From NCBI RefSeq assembly GCF_000018305.1, contig NC_009954.1, forward strand, positions 1,620,001-1,652,000: DNA of 32,000 nucleotides. The letters are read 5' to 3'. Source of the stretch: Caldivirga maquilingensis IC-167 (lineage in GTDB: Archaea; Thermoproteota; Thermoprotei; Thermoproteales; Thermocladiaceae). Within the stretch, counting starts at the first letter, position 1, and every line of letters begins with the position of its first letter. Shown piece after piece: positions 1-8,622 of this stretch. Below the pieces are notes generated by a model, which saw only the letters and a program-made list of their open reading frames with translations, did not search any database and was not told the DNA's origin. The translations under genes and the position numbers were made by a program.

Positions 1-425
1 TGGATTACGTTGGGTTAAACTACTACACTGTGGCTAAGGTTAAGTTTAATCCATTAACCATGGGTGAATTAGTGACCTCTAGGCAGAGTCAAAGGGGTTG
101 GGTTATTAACCCAGGTGGCTTGAAATGGGCTATTAGGCTGGTTAGGAGAATAGGGAAGCCAATAATGATTACTGAGAACGGCATAGCCACGGATAATGAT
201 GAGGACAGGATAAGCTTCATTGAGAAGCACTTGGCAATAGCAATTAAGGAGAAGGTACTGGGTTACCTATACTGGAGTCTCCTTGATAACTACGAGTGGG
301 AAATGGGCTATAATGCTAAGTTTGGTTTAATTGAATGCGACCCAGTGACCTTAACCAGGAGGCCTAGGGGAAGCGCCTACTTCCTAGGTAAATTAGCCAG
401 CGGTAACCCAATTACCTTGCATTAA
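1..425 (+). CDS. Glycoside hydrolase family 1 beta-glycosidase, C-terminal part (5' end lies outside the window)
   Basis: The frame is open from the window edge (DYVGLNYYT...). It contains the GH1 nucleophile motif ITENG and the C-terminal YWSLLDNYEW..GY..KFGL signature. Confidence 0.85.
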   Translation, partial: DYVGLNYYTVAKVKFNPLTMGELVTSRQSQRGWVINPGGLKWAIRLVRRIGKPIMITENGIATDNDEDRISFIEKHLAIAIKEKVLGYLYWSLLDNYEWEMGYNAKFGLIECDPVTLTRRPRGSAYFLGKLASGNPITLH

Positions 426-441
426 TCCAGTCGTAATGGGG

Positions 442-636
442 TTAAGCTATTACGCGGATTAACTCAGCCTCAGTGGATTCACCAAGGTAAGTATTCACTG
501 AAACCTCCTTATCACTTATCCTCTTAGCAATGAATTCAACACCATTAGCCTTAAGCACCGCGGCGCACCAATCCGGGCTGGGTTCAATGAGGTAGACCTT
601 AGGCCTATTGCCCCTTCTCAGCCTCCACATTACCAA
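442..636 (-). CDS. Hypothetical small protein (64 aa), overlapping the 3' end of rpoL
   Basis: ORF only. It is co-directional with rpoL and overlaps it by 26-32 nt. I recognise no family motif. Confidence 0.3.
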   Translation of the reverse strand: MVMWRLRRGNRPKVYLIEPSPDWCAAVLKANGVEFIAKRISDKEVSVNTYLGESTEAELIRVIA

Positions 637-919
637 CCCCCAGTTGAGGCATTAACTTACCCTCCAATTCCCCTATATCATTAAGTATCCTGTTAACAGC
701 ATCCTCAAGCACCTTAAGTGGATCCTTACCCTTAGTCCTAAGTTTAAGAGTAATATTCCTAAGCAGTGGGTGATCCATATCAAACGTCGCGAATTCAACC
801 TCAGGATCCTGTAGAATATAGGTTAAGAGTGGTGACATGACTGTGTAATCCTCACCCTCAACAGTAACCTCCATGTAATCACCACTCAACTTAATGCTCT
901 TAACCTTAATCCTAGGCAT
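605..919 (-). CDS. rpoL: DNA-directed RNA polymerase subunit L (Rpo11)
   Basis: Size is about 100 aa. The pattern ...VEGEDYTVMSPLLTYILQDPEVEFATFDMDHPLL....LKLRTKGKDP... matches archaeal RpoL/Rpo11 (EGEDHT-LGN-L...V.FA.Y...HPL). A TATA box lies 24-31 nt upstream. Confidence 0.85.
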   Translation of the reverse strand: MPRIKVKSIKLSGDYMEVTVEGEDYTVMSPLLTYILQDPEVEFATFDMDHPLLRNITLKLRTKGKDPLKVLEDAVNRILNDIGELEGKLMPQLGVGNVEAEKGQ

Positions 920-942
920 TACACCCTCCCTCAGGTAAACCC

Positions 943-950
943 TTTATAAA
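943..950 (-). promoter_or_regulatory. TATA-box-like element (TTTATAAA) for rpoL
   Basis: TTTATAAA sits 24-31 nt upstream of the rpoL ATG (917-919). This is consistent with a leaderless archaeal transcript. Confidence 0.45.
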
Positions 951-1141
951 ACTGCACTTAAACATTACCTTGAAGTAACCGTTAAGTGGGTCTTGAATCA
1001 TTGTGAATCCTAGAATAATTCCAGCCGACCCATTCATAACCAGCACCCCTCGTTACTTAACGAGAATTTCTTTAACTCACTCATTCACTTACGTTAAACC
1101 TAGATATAGCACCGTAACCCCTGGTGTTAATAATGGAGTTC

Positions 1142-3034
1142 TCATGTATTAAATGGAGTCCGATAATTCTGTCTCCTAGCCTTATACTCCTCTAAATCCT
1201 TCTTAACCCTCTCATACGTAAACTTACTTACCCTACCCTCTCTATAAGCCTCCTCAATTACACGTGTACTCTTCTCCTCAAGCCTATTAATTATCGGTAT
1301 CCTAATCCCCCTCTCCCTGGCAACCATTAATGACTTGGGGTAGCCGGCATGAGCATGCCTAACAACACCGGAACCTGGATCAACAGTAAACACCCTGAGC
1401 GCCTTCTCCTCAGCTAATTCACTGCCATCAACAACCATACCGAAACCAGCGTGTATTGAGAAGCCAATACCGACTCCACCACCGTGGTGGAAGCATGTCC
1501 AGGTTGCCCCTGCTGCAGTGTTTAATGCGTAGTTGAGTATTGGCCAGTCACCAATTGCATCGGAGCCATCAAGCATGCCTTCAGTCTCCCTGAAGGGTGA
1601 TGCCACAGAGCCACTGTCTAAGTGGTCTCTACCAAACCATATGGGTCCATGTAATTCACCCTTCCTAACAAGCTCACTAACCACTTTACCGAATAATGCC
1701 CTCTCACCATAGCCTAAATAAACAACCCTGGCTGGTAACCCCTGGAACTTAACATATTGATGAGCCGCCTTAATCCACCTAATCAATTTACTGTTTCTTT
1801 CAAATAAGGTTAATAACACGTCATCCAGTTTATAAATATCATTAGGATCACCCACCAGGCTAGTCCACCTAAATGGGCCACGTCCCTCCTCAAATAAGGG
1901 CCTCATGTACTCCATTTGGCCAGGTATCTTGAATGCATCATTGACGCCAGCATCATAAGCCTGCTTTCTTAAATTATTACCGTACTCAAAGGTCACGGAA
2001 CCCATTCTCTGTAGTTCAAGCATTAATTGAACATGCCTCTTCATTGTTTCCTTAGCCATCACCATGTATTTCTCAGGGTCACTCTTCCTTAATTGCATTG
2101 CCTGCTCAATGGTTAGGCCTTTAGGTACGTATGATAATGGGTCATGTGCAGGTGTTTGATCGGTTAATATTTCCGGCACTATATTATCCTTGATGAGTTT
2201 CTCAAGTAAATCAACGGCGTTAGCCAGAACACCTATGCTTACTGCCTGCTTCTTCTCCTTAGCATCAATAGCCATGTCGATTGCCTTATCAATGTTATCA
2301 GTCCAAGTATCTAAGTAACCTGTATCAATCATTCTTCGAATCATATTAACATCCACATCGGCTATTAACGCAACGCCACCAAGCATTTTAATCGCTAATG
2401 GTTGGGCACCACCCATGTTACCAAGGCCAGCGCTAACCACTAGCCTACCCTCTAATGAACCATTAAAATGCCTATCAGCGGCGGCTCCAATTGTTTCATA
2501 GGTACCTTGAAGAATACCCTGTGTACCAATGTAGGCCCAGCATCCTGCAGTCATCTGGTGGAAACTGATTAAACCCTTAGCCTCAAGCTCCCAGAAAACC
2601 CTCCAATCAGCCCACTTTGGAACAAGCATTGCATTACTCATTAAAACCCTGGGCGCACTCCTACTAAGCCTCCAAATAGCCACAGGTTGGCCACTCTGGA
2701 TTACAAGTGTATCCTCACTATCCATGGTAAGTAAAGCATCCACAATATCCTCGAAATCATCCCACGACCTAGCAGCCTTACCGGTACCACCGTAGACTAT
2801 TAAATTCTTAGGATCCTTAGCAACCATAGGATCAAGCACGTGAAAGAGCATTCTTAATGGACCCTCAATCTGCCAATCCCTACTATGTACGTGAATCTCA
2901 TCACCCTTAATGGCTTTAACAGTCCTGGACTCGGGATCATAGTAACCTGAGGATATAAGCTCCTCAATAGGCCTACCCCTGTACCTCTGGGGTACTGACA
3001 TTATGTAGCTTTTAATTCTAGGCTTATTAAGCAT
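1142..3034 (-). CDS. hutU: Urocanate hydratase (urocanase)
   Basis: Urocanase signatures YIGTQGILQGTYET and the NAD-site GLGNMGGAQPLA are present, and similarity runs the full length. The start may instead be the second ATG at 3001, which has CTTAATAAG about 26 nt upstream on the coding strand. Confidence 0.95.
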   Translation of the reverse strand: MLNKPRIKSYIMSVPQRYRGRPIEELISSGYYDPESRTVKAIKGDEIHVHSRDWQIEGPLRMLFHVLDPMVAKDPKNLIVYGGTGKAARSWDDFEDIVDALLTMDSEDTLVIQSGQPVAIWRLSRSAPRVLMSNAMLVPKWADWRVFWELEAKGLISFHQMTAGCWAYIGTQGILQGTYETIGAAADRHFNGSLEGRLVVSAGLGNMGGAQPLAIKMLGGVALIADVDVNMIRRMIDTGYLDTWTDNIDKAIDMAIDAKEKKQAVSIGVLANAVDLLEKLIKDNIVPEILTDQTPAHDPLSYVPKGLTIEQAMQLRKSDPEKYMVMAKETMKRHVQLMLELQRMGSVTFEYGNNLRKQAYDAGVNDAFKIPGQMEYMRPLFEEGRGPFRWTSLVGDPNDIYKLDDVLLTLFERNSKLIRWIKAAHQYVKFQGLPARVVYLGYGERALFGKVVSELVRKGELHGPIWFGRDHLDSGSVASPFRETEGMLDGSDAIGDWPILNYALNTAAGATWTCFHHGGGVGIGFSIHAGFGMVVDGSELAEEKALRVFTVDPGSGVVRHAHAGYPKSLMVARERGIRIPIINRLEEKSTRVIEEAYREGRVSKFTYERVKKDLEEYKARRQNYRTPFNT

Positions 3035-3139
3035 TATGCATACGCATTAATATAGATTCAGCATTGATAGTAATTACTTATTAATTTAAATAACTGGTAA
3101 TAAGATAAAACTTAAAAACAGATAAATATTACCTTATAA

Positions 3140-4420
3140 GTGGGGTCAGGATACAGTAATATACAGGTAGTGTTTAATTGGCGTAATGTAATCGGTTCCA
3201 TGCTTGGTTGGGGAATGGATGCTTACGACTTTGTTGCATACGATTTTGTGGCACCGGTTATAAAGGATTTATTCTTCGGTCAATTAGGCAGCTTAGGATC
3301 CATGCTAGCGACACTGGCAGTATTCAGCTTATCTCTAGTCGTTAGGCCACTTGGTGGCGTATTCTTCGGTAATTTATCTGATAAAATAGGTAGGCGTTAT
3401 GTACTTTACGTAACCATGTTAGGTGCAGGAATATCCAGTTTCTTAATGGGCTTTCTACCAACTTATGCTCAAGCCGGGTTAACCGCAATAATACTTCTTC
3501 TCCTTTTAAGGTTCGCGGTGGGCTTTTTCCTTGGTGGGGAATACTCATCAAGCGGTATTATGAGCGTGGAGAGTGTTACTAAGTGGAGGGGGCTCGCCAG
3601 TGGCATTATGCAGGCTGGTTTTGATATAGGTATCTTCGGGGTCACCTTTACATACACTATTGTTGCAACATACCTACCCAGTAGCGCAATGAGCACCATA
3701 GGTTGGAGGATCGTATTCTGGAGCGGCATAGTAACAACCATATTAGCCTTCATATTTAGAAGAAGGTTCCTAACGGAATCCCCTGAATGGGAGAAGGCGG
3801 AGAAGGTTAAGAGTCCATATAAGGTTCTATTTAAGAATTATTGGTTACCAATGTTAACCATTCTTCTAGCAACAATGGGATTCCTCTACGAGTACTATGT
3901 TATGCTTGAGTTATCACCATTTATACTTCAGAGCGTTCTAAGTTACTCAGCTGCATTATCCGGGTTAATACTAACAGTGCTTTCAGCTAGTGACGCAGCA
4001 GGTAGTGTGTTTGGTGGTGTGCTTGTGGATTTACTGAGAAGCTCCAGGAGAGCCTTATTAGTAACATCATTAATAATCCTAGTACTAATATATCCAACAA
4101 TGTATGGGGTATTAATTAATGGTAATGGCTGGCTTGTACTACTCTGGGATTTCCTAGCCGTGCTACCAGTCGGGGTTATGCAGGTTTATATTAGGGATCT
4201 TTTACCAGTTAACGTTAGATCCACAGGGGCTGGTTTAGGTTATAATGGTGGAACCTGGTTAGCTGCCTGGGCAGCATTAATAGCTACATTAATGGCCTCA
4301 GCATCAACTAAGCCTCAACCATGGTTATCATCAATAACAATTAATACATTAATAGGAGCAGTATTAATGATAATTAGCTTCATCCTAGCGGCTAAGGCAA
4401 TTAAATCACATTCACAATGA
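3140..4420 (+). CDS. MFS transporter, metabolite:H+ symporter (MHS)-like
   Basis: About 12 hydrophobic segments. MHS-type motifs are present: (D/E)xYDF near the N-terminus, GRRYVLYVTMLGAGISSFLMGFLP, and R..VGFFLGGEYSSS....ES....RG. GTG start. Confidence 0.85.
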   Translation: MGSGYSNIQVVFNWRNVIGSMLGWGMDAYDFVAYDFVAPVIKDLFFGQLGSLGSMLATLAVFSLSLVVRPLGGVFFGNLSDKIGRRYVLYVTMLGAGISSFLMGFLPTYAQAGLTAIILLLLLRFAVGFFLGGEYSSSGIMSVESVTKWRGLASGIMQAGFDIGIFGVTFTYTIVATYLPSSAMSTIGWRIVFWSGIVTTILAFIFRRRFLTESPEWEKAEKVKSPYKVLFKNYWLPMLTILLATMGFLYEYYVMLELSPFILQSVLSYSAALSGLILTVLSASDAAGSVFGGVLVDLLRSSRRALLVTSLIILVLIYPTMYGVLINGNGWLVLLWDFLAVLPVGVMQVYIRDLLPVNVRSTGAGLGYNGGTWLAAWAALIATLMASASTKPQPWLSSITINTLIGAVLMIISFILAAKAIKSHSQ

Positions 4421-4492
4421 ATCAATGACTTAAATCACCATGTAATAATATTATCCACCTAGTCCACTAGACTTTCCCCCATTTCACTTATT

Positions 4493-4587
4493 TTCACCTG
4501 CTTCATAATCGACCCATACCATTCTTTTCACTAAGGAGTATGCTAAGTCCCCTTAAAGTTTTCAGTGGGTTTTATGAAGCAGGTGAA
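4493..4587. repeat. Perfect 16-bp inverted repeat (ttcacctgcttcataa / ttatgaagcaggtgaa) separated by 63 nt
   Basis: The arms at 4493-4508 and 4572-4587 are exact reverse complements. They lie in the 226-bp spacer between the MFS gene and the hutG-like gene. Confidence 0.7.
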
Positions 4588-4646
4588 GATCCATGCCCTC
4601 ATTCTGTAGGTTAAGGTTATTAAATGGTTACGGGGTTACGTAATTA

Positions 4647-5564
4647 ATGAGTAATTTAAGGAATGATCCACCTTTCTTAAGGAAATCCATGTATAAGTTC
4701 ATTAAGGATCCTGGTGATGTTAGGATTGGTGAGGTTGTTAAAAGGGATTGGATTAGTGGGGACGTGGGAATACTGGGTGTACCATGGGATGGGGCAGTGG
4801 GTACTAGGCCTGGTTCCAGACTTGCCCCATCTAGAATTAGAAGCCTTCTCTATACTCAACCTTACACATTTCATGACTTAACCATTATTGATTTCGGTGA
4901 TGTTGATGTTGTTATTGGTGACCACAATGAGACTTGGCGTAGAACCGAGGCCACTGTTTCTGAGGCTTTAGGCTTAGTTAAGGAGCTTATCGTCATTGGT
5001 GGTGATAGTACAATATCCTACGCTACTTTCAGGGGCTTGAGGAGGACCACTGATAACTTAGCTTACATACTTTTTGATGCTCACCCAGATGTTAGACTGG
5101 TGGATGAGGGATTAACCAGTGGTCAAGTGGTTAGATGGATTAGGAGTATTAGTTCAAACGCGTATATTGCTATAATTGGGGTTAGGAAATACTCAAATGC
5201 ACCCTACCTATTCAGTGAATCTGAGAAGTTGGGAATCAAGGTCTATACTATGGATCAAGTGGACTCAATGGGTATAGAAGCCGTGGTGAATGATATTGAG
5301 AATAATGTGAAGAATAGGATCACCCATGTGAGCATTAACCTTGATGTTGTTGATCCAGCCTTCGCCCCAGGCGTTAATAGTCCATCACCAGGGGGATTCA
5401 CTTCAAGGGAAGTAATTAGGATTATTGCGGAATTAAGTAGGAGAATAAGGCCTAGGGTTTTTGATGTTGTTGAGGTTACGCCACCCTTTGATAATAATGA
5501 TTTAACAAGTATGCTGGCTTCAGTAATAATAATGAATGCAATATGGGTTAAGCAATTGCCTTAA
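4647..5564 (+). CDS. hutG: Arginase/ureohydrolase-fold protein, formimidoylglutamase candidate by context
   Basis: Ureohydrolase motifs are present: GGDST (canonical GGDHS), FDAHPD, and SINLDVVDPAFAPGV (canonical S.D.D..DP..APG). The gene is embedded among hutU/H/I. Two canonical metal ligands appear to be substituted (see findings). Confidence 0.7.
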   Translation: MSNLRNDPPFLRKSMYKFIKDPGDVRIGEVVKRDWISGDVGILGVPWDGAVGTRPGSRLAPSRIRSLLYTQPYTFHDLTIIDFGDVDVVIGDHNETWRRTEATVSEALGLVKELIVIGGDSTISYATFRGLRRTTDNLAYILFDAHPDVRLVDEGLTSGQVVRWIRSISSNAYIAIIGVRKYSNAPYLFSESEKLGIKVYTMDQVDSMGIEAVVNDIENNVKNRITHVSINLDVVDPAFAPGVNSPSPGGFTSREVIRIIAELSRRIRPRVFDVVEVTPPFDNNDLTSMLASVIIMNAIWVKQLP

Positions 5565-5573
5565 AATTATGAT

Positions 5574-7067
5574 TCAAGCCAAGTGATCAATTTTAAGGTT
5601 TATTAGACTTGCCAACTCATTAATGGAATTGGTTAATTTAGCCACAGCTTCATGATGGGATTGGGAACCGGTAACATACCTATTGATTATATCGTAAACA
5701 TGCATTGATACCTTACCGCAGTTCACGCAACCATTATTTGCATTAATCACTGAGTAGCTGACGTATGCTAATAATGATATTAACCATTTCATTAATGAGT
5801 TAACTTCATGGAGCTTAATAGCTGAATTAACGCTCATTGAGTTAACGTCCTCCTGAAGACCACTGGTTGGTATATTGTGAATAATGGATGGTGAAGCCAA
5901 TTCCCTAAGCCTAGCAGTTAATGCTGCAGCGGCGTATTGGGTTAGCATTAATCCAATTCGCCAAGGTCCATTAGCCAGGTAATTACTGGTATTGTTTATT
6001 TCCCTCCTCATTAATTGGGCTATCTGCCTCTCAAGTAGGTTGCCTAGGGTGGATAATGATGTGTTGAGGAGGTCAGTGGATAATGCCAGGTATTGGCCGT
6101 GGAAGTGGCATGTTGAGTATACGTTATCATTAATAATCACTGGGTTATCACTCACGGAGTTAACCTCATTCATAATATTGCGTAGGGACCATGATAATGC
6201 ATCCATAATAGGTCCAATTACCTGTGGAATACATCTAATTGAGTATGGGTCCTGAACCCTACCACTGGTGTTTACATTCGCACTATCACTTAGCGACTCC
6301 TGTATAATTCTCGCCACTTCAACTTCACCATAATGCAGCTTAATGGAGTTAACCTCAATACTGAGTGGCCGTATACTTGCCCGTGAAGCCTCAATCATAA
6401 GTATGATAATTGCCATTGCAGCCCTTATCAATGTGTATGCATCCCAAATACCCAAGGAGGCTAGGGCAGCGCTGTAGCTGGTTCCATTAATTAACGATAA
6501 TGCCTCCTTATAACCAAGCCTTAATTCATCAAGACCCAATGCCTTAAACACCTCAGCGCTATTCATGACTTCATTGCGATACTTAACCAAACCCTTACCG
6601 AGTAATGCAAGGGCTATGTGAGCCAGGGGTGCTAAGTCACCGGATGCCCCCACTGATCCATACTTGGGGACAAGTGGAGTTATGTTGAGGTTTAGGAATT
6701 GAATTAATCTTTCAATAATTCGACCCCTAATGCCGCTATAACCCAATGATAATTGATGCGCCCTAATTAACATGGTAGCCCTAACCCAATCATCAGGTGC
6801 GTAATCACCAACACCCATGGAATGATCAATAAGCATCTCCAGCGAGTACCTTGCAACATCCTCCGGATTAACGGTAACATTATGTAAGTCACCAAGACCA
6901 GTGTTAACACCATAAATCTTAATGCCACTGTTAACGGCTTTCTCAAGCACATCCAGTGATTTATTCATTAAATTTAAGGCACGTTCACTTACCTTAACCT
7001 CCTCGTGGTTTCGAGCAACATTAACCACATCAACAAGGTTAATTCTTTCCCCAATTTCCACCGTCAT
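5574..7067 (-). CDS. hutH: Histidine ammonia-lyase
   Basis: The MIO-forming motif GSVGASGDLAPLAH is present, with full-length HAL/PAL-family similarity (SLINGT, QDPYS.RC.PQV). Confidence 0.93.
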   Translation of the reverse strand: MTVEIGERINLVDVVNVARNHEEVKVSERALNLMNKSLDVLEKAVNSGIKIYGVNTGLGDLHNVTVNPEDVARYSLEMLIDHSMGVGDYAPDDWVRATMLIRAHQLSLGYSGIRGRIIERLIQFLNLNITPLVPKYGSVGASGDLAPLAHIALALLGKGLVKYRNEVMNSAEVFKALGLDELRLGYKEALSLINGTSYSAALASLGIWDAYTLIRAAMAIIILMIEASRASIRPLSIEVNSIKLHYGEVEVARIIQESLSDSANVNTSGRVQDPYSIRCIPQVIGPIMDALSWSLRNIMNEVNSVSDNPVIINDNVYSTCHFHGQYLALSTDLLNTSLSTLGNLLERQIAQLMRREINNTSNYLANGPWRIGLMLTQYAAAALTARLRELASPSIIHNIPTSGLQEDVNSMSVNSAIKLHEVNSLMKWLISLLAYVSYSVINANNGCVNCGKVSMHVYDIINRYVTGSQSHHEAVAKLTNSINELASLINLKIDHLA

Positions 7068-7087
7068 ATAAACCCCTCTATCGTGCT

Positions 7088-7104
7088 ATTATTAATATAT
7101 TTTC
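7088..7104 (-). promoter_or_regulatory. AT-rich TATA-like region for hutH
   Basis: tattattaatatatttt lies 21-37 nt upstream of the hutH ATG (7065-7067). Confidence 0.4.
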
Positions 7105-7200
7105 ACTGTAATAATCTATAGGACATGTTACAGTACTGTGGTTAATTCAATACTAGTGGGATTTAATGCATACTAGGTTTTTTGGATTTAAACGTATAAT

Positions 7201-7210
7201 ACTTATTAAC
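7201..7210 (+). promoter_or_regulatory. TATA-like element (ACTTATTAAC) for hutI
   Basis: It is centred about 28 nt upstream of the hutI ATG at 7234. The same 9-mer, ACTTATTAA, occurs at 3076-3084 in the hutU/MFS divergent region. Confidence 0.4.
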
Positions 7211-7233
7211 CGTATTGCATAGCAACATTATGT

Positions 7234-8484
7234 ATGAATAAGGTTTCGCTCTTAATAGGCCCAGTTAATCAACTGGTTACGGCTAAATCAATACCCTGGA
7301 GGCATGGTGACTCAGTCATTATAATTGAGGAGGCTGGCGTTGCCGTTAATGGCCATGAGGTAATTGATGTTGGCCCATGGAGAGAGATAAGTAGGAGATA
7401 TGAGGGTAAATGCAGGGTATCAGCAGAGGATTCACTGGTTACTGCCGGTCTCATAGATCCCCATACGCACCTACTTTTCGCAGGCTCCAGGGAGGATGAA
7501 CTAGAGCTTAAACTTCAAGGCACGCCTTATGAGGAGATACTTAAGAGGGGTGGCGGTATATACAGGACTGTTAATGAGACGGTTAATGCAAGTGATGAGG
7601 AGTTAAGGGGAATCCTATTAAGTAGATTACTAGAGGTAGCTAAGTATGGTACAACGACGATAGAGGTTAAGAGTGGTTACGGCATTAGCCCTAAGGAGGA
7701 GATTAGGCTTCTAAGAATAATTAATGACGCTGCCGGTGAAGCATTAATTGATGTTATACCAACATACCTAATTCATGTGCCGCCTAGGAACATGAATAGG
7801 GTAGAGTATATAAATGCCGTGACCGCATCATTGGATCAAGCCAAGGAATTAGCTAAGTTCATCGACGTCTTCTGCGATGACGGTGCATTCACTGTTAATG
7901 AAACTAGGGCAATACTTAATGAGGCTTCATTAAGAGGCTTTAAACTTAGGCTTCATGCTGATGAAATCGCCTACATTGGGTGCAGTGATTTAGTTAATGA
8001 ATTTAACTTAACGTCGCTTGATCATTTATTAAATATGCCTGAGCAGAATGCTAAAGCCATGGCTTTAAGAGGCTCAACAGCCACATTACTGCCTGCAACA
8101 GTACTATCATTAATGAGTAGTAAGAGACCACCAGTGAAGGCGCTTAAGGATTCTGGAGTACCTATAGCCTTAGGCTCAGACTTCAGTCCAAATACCTGGG
8201 TATTAAACATGCAGTACGTAATGGAGTTAGCCACATATTTACTCGGTATGACTCCCCTGGAGGTTTTAATGGCTTCAACAGTAAATGCAGCATACAGTCT
8301 AGGCTTCAGGGATAGGGGTATTCTACAGCCGGGTTACCTAGCTAACATGGTTATTTGGAGTATACCTAATTACAAGTGGCTGAGCTACGAGTTAGGTAGG
8401 AATAAGGCATTAATGACTATAAGCAGGGGCATTATCCTTGAATCAAAGCCCACCAACCCCAATGTAACCAAGGAATGTTCATAA
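7234..8484 (+). CDS. hutI: Imidazolonepropionase
   Basis: Amidohydrolase-fold motifs typical of HutI: DPHTHLLFAGSR, KSGYG, LRLHADE, ..LGSDF.P. Confidence 0.9.
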   Translation: MNKVSLLIGPVNQLVTAKSIPWRHGDSVIIIEEAGVAVNGHEVIDVGPWREISRRYEGKCRVSAEDSLVTAGLIDPHTHLLFAGSREDELELKLQGTPYEEILKRGGGIYRTVNETVNASDEELRGILLSRLLEVAKYGTTTIEVKSGYGISPKEEIRLLRIINDAAGEALIDVIPTYLIHVPPRNMNRVEYINAVTASLDQAKELAKFIDVFCDDGAFTVNETRAILNEASLRGFKLRLHADEIAYIGCSDLVNEFNLTSLDHLLNMPEQNAKAMALRGSTATLLPATVLSLMSSKRPPVKALKDSGVPIALGSDFSPNTWVLNMQYVMELATYLLGMTPLEVLMASTVNAAYSLGFRDRGILQPGYLANMVIWSIPNYKWLSYELGRNKALMTISRGIILESKPTNPNVTKECS

Positions 8485-8622
8485 TCAAGTAATGTAATGC
8501 AGGATGCGTGAATTCACTTAATTAAGGTTAAAAGGTATTAATTATCATTAAGAGTAGGCGCATCACGCTTAGGATGGTGTTTAAGCTCATGTGCATGCCT
8601 TAAGGGGCTATTGTACTGGGAT

